NCBI GenBank assembly: GCA_938010565.1
Contig: CALLUQ010000069.1
Coordinates: 3,400-67,399, forward strand
Source: an uncultured Flavobacteriales bacterium
GTDB lineage: Bacteria; Bacteroidota; Bacteroidia; Flavobacteriales_D; CALLUQ01
DNA length: 64,000 nucleotides
Direction of reading: 5' to 3'
The position numbers were made by a program, and so were the translations under genes. Below are positions 53,382 to 62,769 of this stretch, one piece after another. How positions within the stretch are numbered: the stretch's first letter is position 1; the number at the start of each line of letters is the position of its first letter. The notes below the pieces were generated by a model that saw only the letters and a list, made by a program, of their open reading frames with translations, was not told the origin of the DNA and did not search any database.

Positions 53382-54773
53382 ATGAAACGTTTCTTATGCT
53401 CCACCGGAGCATGGCTGTTCTGCCTTTTTGGATTTTTTTCCCACAGCCAGGCTCAAATGACCATCACACTCGACTCTACTTTGCTTGAGGTAGATACCGT
53501 TATTGATGGCTTGGACATTCCATGGGAAATTGCGTATGGCCCCGATGGGTGGATCTGGACCACGGAGCGAAAAGGCATCATCAGCCGGATCCATCCTGAT
53601 GATGGCACCAAAGAGGTGCTGCTGGATTTGGATTCCATCGTTTTTCAAAACGGAGAGAGTGGCCTGCTGGGTCTGGCTTTGCATCCCGATTTTTTGGTCC
53701 ATCCTTATGTTTATGTGGTGTATACCTATACTACTTTATCAAACATCCAGGAGCGCATGGAGCGTTACCGATACAACGGCACCGCTTTGGTAGATCCTTT
53801 CCCCATCATCGAAAACATCCCGGGCAACAACACACACGATGGCTCTCGACTTTATGTTCTGGAAGACAGTACTTTAATAATGACAACAGGGGATGCTCAG
53901 GACCTTGCGCTTCCGCAGGATATCAGTTCTATGAATGGTAAAGTATTGCGTTTCAACCTCGATGGCACCATTCCTGATGATAACCCTTTCCCGGGCAGTC
54001 CTGTGTTCAGTTGGGGCCATCGGAATGCACAAGGCATCTGGCAACACAACGGCATCATTTACAGTTCCGAGCACGGCCCGTTCAACGACGATGAATTTCA
54101 AATCCTTAAAAGCGGGCGCAATTACGGCTGGCCAGCCGTTGAAGGGTATTGCGATCAGAACAGCGAAATGGCTTTCTGTTCCGACTCCAACGTAGTAGAG
54201 CCCCTCGCTGTCTGGACGCCTACCATTGCCCCGTCCGATATCATTTATTATGACTCTCCCAATATTCCCGAATGGGAAAACACCATTTTAATGACGGTGC
54301 TAAAAGATAAAAAACTCGTTCGTTTTGAATTCGATGGAACCGGCACAACCGTTACCAATGAAACGCATTACCTGACCGATATTTTTGGGCGTTTGCGCGA
54401 TATTACCGTAGATCCCAAAGGGTGTGTTTACCTGGCTACAAATGGTTCATCCTGGGTCAATAACAACCCCAACAGTCACGAGATCATTCGCCTGTGTCCG
54501 AAAAGCTTTGTTGGTATCCATAATGCAACTGCATCCGGAACCTTCATCAGGGCGATGCCCCACCCGGCTACGGATCAGGTTACTTTGCAGTTCAGCAAAA
54601 ACTTGATGGGCGGCCGTTGGAAAATGTACAATCTTACAGGCCACGTAGTGGCCAACGGGCAGGTAACCGGCGAACGGTTGGTATATCCGAGAAATGGGCT
54701 TGCTGCAGGTGCTTATATTATAAAAGCGGAGTCTGCTATGGCCGGAACACAAATGGTTTTCGGTTTCAGGTAA
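53382..54773 (+). CDS. PQQ-dependent sugar (glucose/sorbosone) dehydrogenase with T9SS C-terminal sorting domain
   Basis: Signal peptide. LDIPWEIAYGPDGWIWTTERKG, ESGLLGLALHPDF, GHRNAQGI, NYGWP. The last ~80 aa (HPATDQVTLQF...MYNLTGHVV...LAAGAYIIKA) fit the type-A CTD. Start at ATG 53382. Confidence 0.88.
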   Translation: MKRFLCSTGAWLFCLFGFFSHSQAQMTITLDSTLLEVDTVIDGLDIPWEIAYGPDGWIWTTERKGIISRIHPDDGTKEVLLDLDSIVFQNGESGLLGLALHPDFLVHPYVYVVYTYTTLSNIQERMERYRYNGTALVDPFPIIENIPGNNTHDGSRLYVLEDSTLIMTTGDAQDLALPQDISSMNGKVLRFNLDGTIPDDNPFPGSPVFSWGHRNAQGIWQHNGIIYSSEHGPFNDDEFQILKSGRNYGWPAVEGYCDQNSEMAFCSDSNVVEPLAVWTPTIAPSDIIYYDSPNIPEWENTILMTVLKDKKLVRFEFDGTGTTVTNETHYLTDIFGRLRDITVDPKGCVYLATNGSSWVNNNPNSHEIIRLCPKSFVGIHNATASGTFIRAMPHPATDQVTLQFSKNLMGGRWKMYNLTGHVVANGQVTGERLVYPRNGLAAGAYIIKAESAMAGTQMVFGFR

Positions 54774-54870
54774 CGGGGGATATTTTCAAAACAAAGGGGT
54801 TGTTTTCCAACATGAAAAAAACGGGAGCGGAGCGAAAACAGGAAGGTTTTCTTTCATCCTGAATTTACCT

Positions 54871-55914
54871 TTACAAGGCCTTCATCGAATAAATTATGGC
54901 CTCCATTTCGCGAATGTATTCCCGTTTATTGAATTTGGGTGCATAAACGGTTCCATCCATGGTAATGATGCGTTGGTTTTTTTCATCATACACCGAAACG
55001 TTGACGAACGGCCCGCCCATAAAATCGTTTTTCAATTTCCACAAACCATTGATCTGCAAGGCGTAAGAAGAGTCGAGAGAGGCTTCCCCGGTCACTGGTT
55101 GTAAATAATAGCGCTCGGTAGCCATGTAGGACCCATCGCCTGGCCCCGGCACATGCAAACGCCCAATAACATCGCGCATTTTGAGTTGAAAATCAGGTGT
55201 AAAAGTGGAGCTATCGGTGTAGGGATAGGTGTAAATGAAAAGGTTTTCGATAATGGGATGATTGCCCCCTTCCCCGTTAGCACCCGTGAGGAAACGCTCC
55301 AGATTCCGGCGAACCCAAACAAAGCGGTGGCCGGGTCGGCTGGTATCTGCCAACACCTCAAAGCCTTTGGGCATATTGATGGAGATCTTGTGCTTTTTTT
55401 CGAGATAAGCCTTCACTTTTACATTGCACTGATGATCAAATTTATCCTGCAAACGTTTCTTTTCTTCCTGATTCAGAAAGCGGATGACCTTTGCCCGGTT
55501 TTCTTTGAACAACCGAATAAAAGCATCTACATTCTGTGCGTTGAAATACAACACCAACTGGCCGTTTGACCAACGATTGCGTACAATTTTGAATCCGGTT
55601 TTTTGGTTTTCTTCCTCGTTTTTAATGTGAACCATGAGGACGTTTCGGTGGCCTTTAAGTAAGCTGCCGAATTTTTGTTCCGAGATCTGACGGGCGGTAA
55701 ATGCATACTCTGCATTGGCCAATCCCGGTACGGGAGAAAACAACACTTCGCGTACGGCTTCTCCGCCTTCACCATCCCAATACACATCATTCATCACCAC
55801 GATGACCTCTCCCGATTGGCCATTGTAGGGAGGCAGGTAACGTTGCCCGGTCCTTTCGCAGAAAGAAAAAACAAGGAGGAGTAACAGAAAAGAAAAAATC
55901 GCCCTTATGCTCAT
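54871..55914 (-). CDS. DUF4837-family lipoprotein-like protein
   Basis: The signal/lipobox region LLVFSFCER and the following GQSGEVIVVMNDVYWDGEGGEAVREVL match my recollection of DUF4837. Confidence 0.75.
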   Translation of the reverse strand: MSIRAIFSFLLLLLVFSFCERTGQRYLPPYNGQSGEVIVVMNDVYWDGEGGEAVREVLFSPVPGLANAEYAFTARQISEQKFGSLLKGHRNVLMVHIKNEEENQKTGFKIVRNRWSNGQLVLYFNAQNVDAFIRLFKENRAKVIRFLNQEEKKRLQDKFDHQCNVKVKAYLEKKHKISINMPKGFEVLADTSRPGHRFVWVRRNLERFLTGANGEGGNHPIIENLFIYTYPYTDSSTFTPDFQLKMRDVIGRLHVPGPGDGSYMATERYYLQPVTGEASLDSSYALQINGLWKLKNDFMGGPFVNVSVYDEKNQRIITMDGTVYAPKFNKREYIREMEAIIYSMKAL

Positions 55915-56085
55915 AAACCCAGTGCTGTAAAATAATGGTTTTTATCCTGTTTTCCGATCCGGGTTGGCCGGCCGGTTTGTCGTTTTCTTTTGTCCGGACC
56001 GGCATTTGGTTTACGGATAGGCCAACCGTTATCAACGGTGCTAAAAATCAATCCATCAAAAGTAATACCAAAGTAAAACAGAAGA

Positions 56086-57510
56086 TCAGGATAACGCCAT
56101 TACATACTTTGAAAAGGCCAACATGCCGGCTTCGTCAAACGGCCTGGCCATTACCTGAATACCAAATGGAAGCCCGTTGCTGTGTTCTCCCAGAGGCAAT
56201 GAAACCGCAGGAATACCGGCCAGGTTTGCCTGAACCGTATAAATATCCTGCAGATACATGGTAATTGGATCATCCATGTTTTCTCCGATCTTAAATGCAG
56301 TGGTGGGCGTGGTGGGCAATAAAATATAAGGGTAGGTTTCCAGGATCTTTTGTGTTTCATCACGGATCATACGGCGTACCTTCTGGCCTTTGCCATAATA
56401 AGCATCGTAATATCCGGCACTTAACACAAAAGTGCCGAGCATAATGCGGCGTTGCACTTCAGATCCAAACCCTTCGGATCTTGATCGGAGGTAGGTAGAT
56501 TCGATATCGGTGACTTTTTTGCTGCGGTGCCCGTAATGGATCCCATCGTAACGGGAAAGGTTGGAAGAAGCCTCGGCGGTGGTGAGCACATAATACGCCG
56601 GCACCATATAATCGAGGTAAGGAAAATCGACCGCTTCGACCGTATGGCCTTCGGCACGCAGCTTTTCGATCAGGTTTTCCATTTCGGTTTTTACCTCGGC
56701 ATCAATGCCATCGCTTTCGAGGCAATCTTTGATGAAAGCAATTTTCGTCTTCCCTTCAAAGTGAAGAGATTTGCTGTATTCCGGCACACGGGTTCGGGCC
56801 AGGGTAGCATCAAACTTGTCGGGTCCGGCCATCACTTCAAGCAACAAAGCAGCATCATCGATGGTATGGGTAAGGGGGCCGATCTGATCAAAAGAGGAAG
56901 CGTAGGCCAACAATCCGTAACGGGAAATGCGGCCATAGGTAGGTTTGAGGCCTATTATTCCGCAAAAAGAGGCCGGCTGACGAATGGAGCCTCCGGTATC
57001 GCTACCCAAAGCAGCCAGACACAAGCCTGCTTGTACTGCAACCGCCGAACCTCCTGAAGATCCGCCGGGTACATAAGCATTGTTACGCGCGTTGAGCACA
57101 GGGCCAAAAGCGGAATTTTCATTGGAACTGCCCATGGCAAATTCATCGCAATTCAACCGGCCAATGATAATGGCATCTTCATCCAGAAGGCGTTGTACGG
57201 CAGTGGCGTTATAAAGCGATTCAAAATTTTCGAGTATGCGGGAAGAAGCAGAAACAATTTGCCCCCGGTAGCAGAGGTTGTCTTTAATGCCCACTACCAT
57301 ACCGGTCAGTTTACCGGTAGTGCCGGCAGCACGTCTCGCATCCAGATCTCTGGCTTTGGCGAGGGCCTCATCCGCAAAAACATCGAGAAAAGCATTCAGA
57401 TGCTTATGGGCTTCGATGCGCTCCAAATAACTCTGCACCAGCAACTCACAGGTGACCTCTCCCTCGTCCAGGTCCTGTCGGATTTGGGCAAGCGACAGAT
57501 AATTTTCCAA
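56086..57510 (-). CDS. gatA: Asp-tRNA(Asn)/Glu-tRNA(Gln) amidotransferase subunit A
   Basis: Amidase signature GGSSGGSAVAV...GSDTGGSIRQPA, 474 aa. Confidence 0.95.
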   Translation of the reverse strand: MENYLSLAQIRQDLDEGEVTCELLVQSYLERIEAHKHLNAFLDVFADEALAKARDLDARRAAGTTGKLTGMVVGIKDNLCYRGQIVSASSRILENFESLYNATAVQRLLDEDAIIIGRLNCDEFAMGSSNENSAFGPVLNARNNAYVPGGSSGGSAVAVQAGLCLAALGSDTGGSIRQPASFCGIIGLKPTYGRISRYGLLAYASSFDQIGPLTHTIDDAALLLEVMAGPDKFDATLARTRVPEYSKSLHFEGKTKIAFIKDCLESDGIDAEVKTEMENLIEKLRAEGHTVEAVDFPYLDYMVPAYYVLTTAEASSNLSRYDGIHYGHRSKKVTDIESTYLRSRSEGFGSEVQRRIMLGTFVLSAGYYDAYYGKGQKVRRMIRDETQKILETYPYILLPTTPTTAFKIGENMDDPITMYLQDIYTVQANLAGIPAVSLPLGEHSNGLPFGIQVMARPFDEAGMLAFSKYVMALS

Positions 57511-57543
57511 GATCAGGTTATTTTACAAAAATAAATGACAAAA

Positions 57544-57735
57544 CTACTCCTCTGTTTTTGCAGGAGTATTTTCGGAATTTACTTCTCCTTTAGAAGCGTT
57601 TTTAAACTCTTTCATTCCTTTTCCAAGGCCTTTCATGAGTTCCGGTATCTTTTTCCCTCCGAAAAGAAGCAAAAGCACGGCTACGACAAGTACAACCTGC
57701 CACGGACCGATTACGAGAATCATACTCAGAGACAT
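57544..57735 (-). CDS. tatA: twin-arginine translocase TatA/E
   Basis: 63 aa. TM helix [34 protein letters not shown]. Confidence 0.9.
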   Translation of the reverse strand: MSLSMILVIGPWQVVLVVAVLLLLFGGKKIPELMKGLGKGMKEFKNASKGEVNSENTPAKTEE

Positions 57736-57810
57736 AGTTTTTTGTTTTAAAACCTATGCAAAGGTATAAAAAAATGATCAGCAATACCTTACCTTATCCC
57801 GTTATTCCCA

Positions 57811-57890
57811 GGACAAATGCATTTAAATTTTGAGTAGTTTCTCCAAGTATTGATGACCCTATCCCGCTTTTTTTCGTTTGGATCTCATAC
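57811..57890 (-). repeat. ISAs1-type 3'-end repeat, copy C
   Basis: GGACAAATGCATTTAAATTTTGAGTAG...CCCGCTTTTTTTCGTTTGGATCTCATAC. One minus-strand frame reads ...GHQYLEKLLKI-stop, the ISAs1 C-terminal signature. Confidence 0.7.
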
Positions 57891-58121
57891 CCCTTCTCAA
57901 GCCCAACCGGATCCTGATCCACATACGCTCCGGAGGGAGTTCCCAAAGTTTTGGCTCGTGGAAAAGAGGGGAGATGAGGTTGGTAACTGCTGTATTGGAC
58001 CAACTGCCATACCCATGCGAAGCCATCGACTTCACCGGAAAAAGCGATGGAATGGTAAATCGAAAAGCATTTTTTGAACGGCAAAACGGGCTTCACTCTA
58101 TTCGAAAAAAAGAGCGCTCTT

Positions 58122-58628
58122 TTACTTGGCTTTTTTGTACAGAGGAACCGTAGAGCAAGGCTCGCCATACATGATCGACCGGGCAACGGGCTGCAACAGC
58201 CGGGTAAGCGCAACATAGCTGGCCACCGGAACCCGTTTTTCGGAACAACCTTTGATTACGATACGGGCATCCTGATAATCGGCCGGATCTAATTCATCGA
58301 ATTTGTCCTGATAAAGGGCCGCTTCCAAATCGTCGATGTTGCCGTAAACCACTTTGCGGGCAATGCCTTCAAGGTAGGTAACCACCAGCATATAGGCCCA
58401 GGTGGGAACAATGGCATCTTCGGAACAAAAAACGGCTACATTGTTGTTCCGGTAAACTTCCCAATTGTGGTTTTTTAGACCTTCCCGAAAAGGCTTTTCC
58501 TTTAAAACCATTCCTTGCCAGAGGTATGGGGCTATGTCGAACAAAAGGCGTTTTCCCGGGGCCTGCCATTCTTCCAGATCGATGGTAATGAGCCCACTTT
58601 TGGCAACGCGATTTACAATCTCATCCAT
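58122..58628 (-). CDS. DUF2480-family protein
   Basis: MDEIVNRVAKSGLITIDLEE...; its position after the suf genes is typical of Bacteroidota (from memory). Confidence 0.78.
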   Translation of the reverse strand: MDEIVNRVAKSGLITIDLEEWQAPGKRLLFDIAPYLWQGMVLKEKPFREGLKNHNWEVYRNNNVAVFCSEDAIVPTWAYMLVVTYLEGIARKVVYGNIDDLEAALYQDKFDELDPADYQDARIVIKGCSEKRVPVASYVALTRLLQPVARSIMYGEPCSTVPLYKKAK

Positions 58629-58646
58629 GTAGTAAGGTGTCAGGTT

Positions 58647-58976
58647 TTACAAAAAACCCAGTTCAAGCTGGGCCTCTTCGCTCATCATGTCTTTTTCCCA
58701 GGGAGGCTCGAAAGTAATTTCTACTTTGGCGCTGTTCACTCCTTTGGTTCCGGCAATTTTTTCTTCTACCTCAGCAGGTAAACTTTCGGCTACCGGGCAG
58801 TTGGGAGAAGTGAGTGTCATCGACACCAACACATCGGCATGTTCGTCGATACGGATCTCGTAGATCAAGCCCAGCTCAAAAATATCGACCGGAATTTCCG
58901 GATCGTAGATGGTTTTAAGGACCTCCACAATTTTATCTTCCAGTGCTTTTTTGTCCATTACAAGTGTTTTTTCCAT
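58647..58976 (-). CDS. sufT: SUF-associated Fe-S assembly protein (DUF59/MIP18, SufT-like)
   Basis: IYDPEIPVDIFELGLIY and TLTSPNCPVAE. Confidence 0.85.
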   Translation of the reverse strand: MEKTLVMDKKALEDKIVEVLKTIYDPEIPVDIFELGLIYEIRIDEHADVLVSMTLTSPNCPVAESLPAEVEEKIAGTKGVNSAKVEITFEPPWEKDMMSEEAQLELGFL

Positions 58977-59401
58977 CCCGTTTGAGCTTGGAATGCAATG
59001 CCGTACAATTTCATTTGTTTTACCATGCTCACCAACCCGTTTGAACGGGTAGGAGAAAGGTGCTCTCTGAGGCCGATGGCTTCGATAAAAAACAATTCCG
59101 CATGGGCGATCGTTTCGGGCGTTTGCCGATCCAAAACCCGGATCAACAAAGCAATAATGCCTTTGGTGATGATGGCATCGCTGTCTGCCGTAAAGTGCAC
59201 TTTACCATTTTCGGTTCGTTCGGCTTGCAACCACACCTGACTTTGGCAGCCTTTGATCAGGTTGTTGTCTACTTTAGCCTTAGGGTCGATCATGGGAAGG
59301 CTTTTTCCCAGGTCAATGATGTATTCGTATTTCTCCATCCATTCGCTGAACAAACTAAATTCGTCGATGATCTCGTTCTGGATGTCTTTTATATCGGCCA
59401 T
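58958..59401 (-). CDS. sufE: SufE-family sulfur acceptor
   Basis: LIKGCQSQVWL and ~147 aa. Overlaps sufT by 19 nt. Confidence 0.88.
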   Translation of the reverse strand: MADIKDIQNEIIDEFSLFSEWMEKYEYIIDLGKSLPMIDPKAKVDNNLIKGCQSQVWLQAERTENGKVHFTADSDAIITKGIIALLIRVLDRQTPETIAHAELFFIEAIGLREHLSPTRSNGLVSMVKQMKLYGIAFQAQTGWKKHL

Positions 59402-59409
59402 GTTGCGGG

Positions 59410-60627
59410 CTATTGAAGCATTGTTACGGCGCGTTCCACACCGGCAGCCAAACGATCGATTTCTGCTTTTGTATTGTAAAAAGCAAAGGAAGCCCGAATG
59501 GTTCCGGGTATGCCGAAACGATCCATCAGGGGTTGGTTACAATGGTGTCCGGTTCGAACGGCGATGCCCAGCTTGTCGAGGATCATTCCAACATCATAAG
59601 GATGTGTGCCATCGATCAGAAAGGAAAGGACTGCCGCTTTGTTCGGGGCCGTTCCGATCAGGCGCATCCCTTCTGTTTTTGTTAATTTTTCGGTGGCATA
59701 TTCCAACAATTCGTGTTCATACGCCCGAATGTTGTCAAAGCCAAGTTGCATCAGGTAACGGGCGGCTTCGCCCAGGCCTATGCCTCCGGCAATATGGGGG
59801 GTTCCTGCTTCGAATTTATGCGGAAGTGTATTATAAGTCGTTTTTTCAAAAGAAACGGTTTTGATCATATTACCACCTCCTTGGTAGGGAGGCATTTGGC
59901 GGAGCCAATGCTCCTTCCCGTAAAGGATTCCTACCCCCGTAGGCCCGAACATTTTATGACCGGAAAAAGTGTAAAAATCGACATCGAGGTCTTGTACATC
60001 TACCGCCATGTGTGGCACCGCCTGTGCTCCGTCTAGTAGAACCGGAATATTCCGTTCGTGGGCCAGCGCAATCATTGCTTTCACCGGGTTGATGGTACCC
60101 AGGGTATTCGAAACGTGGGTCATGGCCACCATACGGGTGCGGCTGTTCAGCAATTGTGCGTAGGCATCGGCTTCCAGTTCGCCATTATCGGCAACAGGAA
60201 CCACTTTCAGCAAGGCCCCTTTTTCTTCGCAGATCATCTGCCAGGGCACAATGTTGGAATGGTGCTCCATGGCTGTGATGAGGATTTCATCTCCGGGAGC
60301 CAGAAACTTTCTGCCAAAGCAATTTGCAACGAGGTTAATGCTGTCGGTGGTGCCTTTGGTGAAAAGTACCTCATGATCATGTGCAGCATTGATGAAAACC
60401 CGTAATTGTTCCCGTGCTTCCTCATAACGGCGTGTCGCTTCCTGGCTCAGAAAGTGCACCCCCCGATGAACATTGGCATGTTCCATCCGGTAATAATGGC
60501 CGATCGCATCGATGACCGCTGCCGGCCTTTGTGCGGAAGCACCATTGTCAAGGTAAGCCAACGGATATCCGTTCACTTCCCGTTTCAAAATGGGGAAATC
60601 CTTTCGGATGTTTTCTATGTCAATCAT
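59410..60627 (-). CDS. sufS: cysteine desulfurase, SufS type
   Basis: DFPILKREVNG...LAYLDNGASAQ, PLP-lysine region FSGHKMFGPTGVG, active-site RTGHHCNQPL. The start is ATG 60627, or GTG 60651 as in the ORF track. Confidence 0.93.
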   Translation of the reverse strand: MIDIENIRKDFPILKREVNGYPLAYLDNGASAQRPAAVIDAIGHYYRMEHANVHRGVHFLSQEATRRYEEAREQLRVFINAAHDHEVLFTKGTTDSINLVANCFGRKFLAPGDEILITAMEHHSNIVPWQMICEEKGALLKVVPVADNGELEADAYAQLLNSRTRMVAMTHVSNTLGTINPVKAMIALAHERNIPVLLDGAQAVPHMAVDVQDLDVDFYTFSGHKMFGPTGVGILYGKEHWLRQMPPYQGGGNMIKTVSFEKTTYNTLPHKFEAGTPHIAGGIGLGEAARYLMQLGFDNIRAYEHELLEYATEKLTKTEGMRLIGTAPNKAAVLSFLIDGTHPYDVGMILDKLGIAVRTGHHCNQPLMDRFGIPGTIRASFAFYNTKAEIDRLAAGVERAVTMLQ

Positions 60628-60651
60628 GGTACGGACGTTCATCTCCCACAC

Positions 60652-61971
60652 TTAATCAAAGCTCCAGTTATGGCGGTCTTGCAAATACCGGTTCACCATA
60701 GCCCGAACGCTTTTGTTATCAATGCTTTCCAATACATCCGATGCAAATGCGGCGATCAGTAAGCGGCGGGCACTGTGCTTGCCCAATCCGCGGGCACGCA
60801 AATAAAAGAGGGCTTCTTCGTTGAGCCGGCCTGTGGTTGAGCCGTGGCTGCATTTTACGTCATCGGCATAAATCTCCAGTTCGGGTTTCGAATTTACACG
60901 GGCATCTCTGGATAAAAGAATATTGCCATTGTTTTGAAAGGCATTGGTTTTCTGGGCATCCTGGCGCACAAATACTTTCCCGTTAAAAACGGCCGAAGAA
61001 GCTTCATCCATCAAACCTTTGTAGTTTTCTTCCGAATAACAATCCGGCACTCTGTGATCTACTTGGGTGTGGTTATCGATGTGCTGACGGCCTTTTCCTA
61101 CGTACAAACCGTTGAGGTAAGTTTCGCAATGTTTGCCGTTGACCGATATGTGGAGCGAATTGCGTATCATTTTCCCGTTAAGGGTGATGGTATTGATCTT
61201 AAAGGTGCTTTGTGCATCCTGGTGAACGTATTCGGTGCAAATGTGGCTTATTCCTTCGTCTTCGGCCTGCAATTTATCGTACTGTACGTGTGCCGCTTTT
61301 CCTACGGAAATTTGCATCACGCTATTTACAAAAGCATTACAGCTATTGATCGAGCCAAATGTTCCCACTAGTTTTACCTGTGCATTTTCCCCTACCCGGA
61401 TCAGGTGATGGGGCTGGGCAATGGTATCTTCATGGGTAACCAGGTGCAACATTTGTACGGTTCTTTCTACCACAACATGATCCGGAATATACAGGAACAA
61501 TCCGCCAAAGGGTTGAGCAGCATTCAGGGCGGTAAAAACTTCGGTGTTTACCGTATGTTTTCCGTATTGTGCTTCCAGCAATTCCGGGTGGTATTCGCTG
61601 GCTGTTTTGAGGTCGGTTACAATCACTCCTGCCGGCATTTCGTGTAGCGAAGAAAGATCGGCGCGGTAATAACCGTTCACAAAAACAAGGGTATTTGCCT
61701 CTTCCGGATCTGCTTTCCAGTGGCTTATGTCATAAATTTCCGAAGTGGGGTTGGCGCTCCATTTCGTTGCGGCCAGATAGCCCACTCTGGTGTATTTCCA
61801 CGCTTCGGCTTTGAAGTGTGGAAGGTCCAGTTCAGCCAATTGTTGGTCAGCCTCCCGAGTAGCGGAATTGGAAAAGCATCCTGCGTTTTTCACCGCTTCC
61901 CGAATTTTTTGGCTTTTGCGCATTTCAAGCGTTGCAGTCATGGGTTTTTGCTTAAACGTCAACGGTTTCAC
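60652..61971 (-). CDS. sufD: Fe-S cluster assembly protein SufD
   Basis: 439 aa with beta-helix-type repeats. The C-terminus KCSHGSTTGRLNEEALFYLRARGL is typical of SufD. Confidence 0.9.
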   Translation of the reverse strand: MKPLTFKQKPMTATLEMRKSQKIREAVKNAGCFSNSATREADQQLAELDLPHFKAEAWKYTRVGYLAATKWSANPTSEIYDISHWKADPEEANTLVFVNGYYRADLSSLHEMPAGVIVTDLKTASEYHPELLEAQYGKHTVNTEVFTALNAAQPFGGLFLYIPDHVVVERTVQMLHLVTHEDTIAQPHHLIRVGENAQVKLVGTFGSINSCNAFVNSVMQISVGKAAHVQYDKLQAEDEGISHICTEYVHQDAQSTFKINTITLNGKMIRNSLHISVNGKHCETYLNGLYVGKGRQHIDNHTQVDHRVPDCYSEENYKGLMDEASSAVFNGKVFVRQDAQKTNAFQNNGNILLSRDARVNSKPELEIYADDVKCSHGSTTGRLNEEALFYLRARGLGKHSARRLLIAAFASDVLESIDNKSVRAMVNRYLQDRHNWSFD

Positions 61972-62716
61972 CGTTTTCTTCTTTGATCCAGTCGTATCCT
62001 TTTTCTTCTAACTCCATGGCGAGTTCTTTGGGGCCGGATCTTACAATTCGGCCCTGGTATAGTACATGCACAAAATCAGGGATAATATAATCGAGTAAGC
62101 GTTGGTAATGGGTGACTACAATGGTGGCATTGGTTTCGTTTTTCAGTTGGTTTACACCATTGGCCACAATGCGTAAGGCATCAATGTCGAGCCCCGAATC
62201 GGTTTCATCCAGCACAGACAAAGAAGGTTCCAGCATGGCCATCTGGAAAATTTCGTTGCGTTTTTTCTCTCCACCCGAAAACCCCTCGTTAACAGAGCGG
62301 TTTTTCAATTTGGTATCGAGTTCTACCAAGGCCGATCTTTCACGAACTCTGGCCAGAAAATCTTTGGCAGTAATGGGCTCCAGTCCTTTGGATGTACGGA
62401 TCTCGTTAAGGGCGGTTTTCAGGAAATTGATGTTGCTTACTCCCGGAATTTCCACCGGATATTGAAAGGCGAGGAAAACGCCTTCGCGGGCCCGGTCTTC
62501 TGCCGCCATTTCCAACAGGTCTTTGCCCTTGTAGGTAACGGAGCCGCCGGTTACTTCGTATTCTTCACGGCCTGCCAAAACCGAGGCCAACGTACTTTTT
62601 CCGGAACCATTCGGGCCCATAATGGCGTGTATTTCGCCTGCTTTTACTTCGAGATCGATTCCGCTCAGGATCTCTTTCCCTTCAATTTCGGCTTTAAGCC
62701 CTTTGATCGATAGCAT
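61952..62716 (-). CDS. sufC: Fe-S cluster assembly ATPase SufC
   Basis: GPNGSGKST, FSGGEKKRNEI, LSVLDETDSGLD. Overlaps sufD by 20 nt. Confidence 0.95.
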   Translation of the reverse strand: MLSIKGLKAEIEGKEILSGIDLEVKAGEIHAIMGPNGSGKSTLASVLAGREEYEVTGGSVTYKGKDLLEMAAEDRAREGVFLAFQYPVEIPGVSNINFLKTALNEIRTSKGLEPITAKDFLARVRERSALVELDTKLKNRSVNEGFSGGEKKRNEIFQMAMLEPSLSVLDETDSGLDIDALRIVANGVNQLKNETNATIVVTHYQRLLDYIIPDFVHVLYQGRIVRSGPKELAMELEEKGYDWIKEENGETVDV

Positions 62717-62769
62717 AATTATTTGCTTAATTCCTGTTTTCTTTTTTTGCTGATGTCTTTAAGAAGGAG

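Noticed and set aside
57794-58216. 140-aa minus-strand ORF between tatA and DUF2480
   Set aside because: Its C-terminal part is just a frame through the ISAs1-end repeat (…KKSGIGSSILGETTQNLNAF). Its N-terminal part overlaps the DUF2480 gene out of frame.
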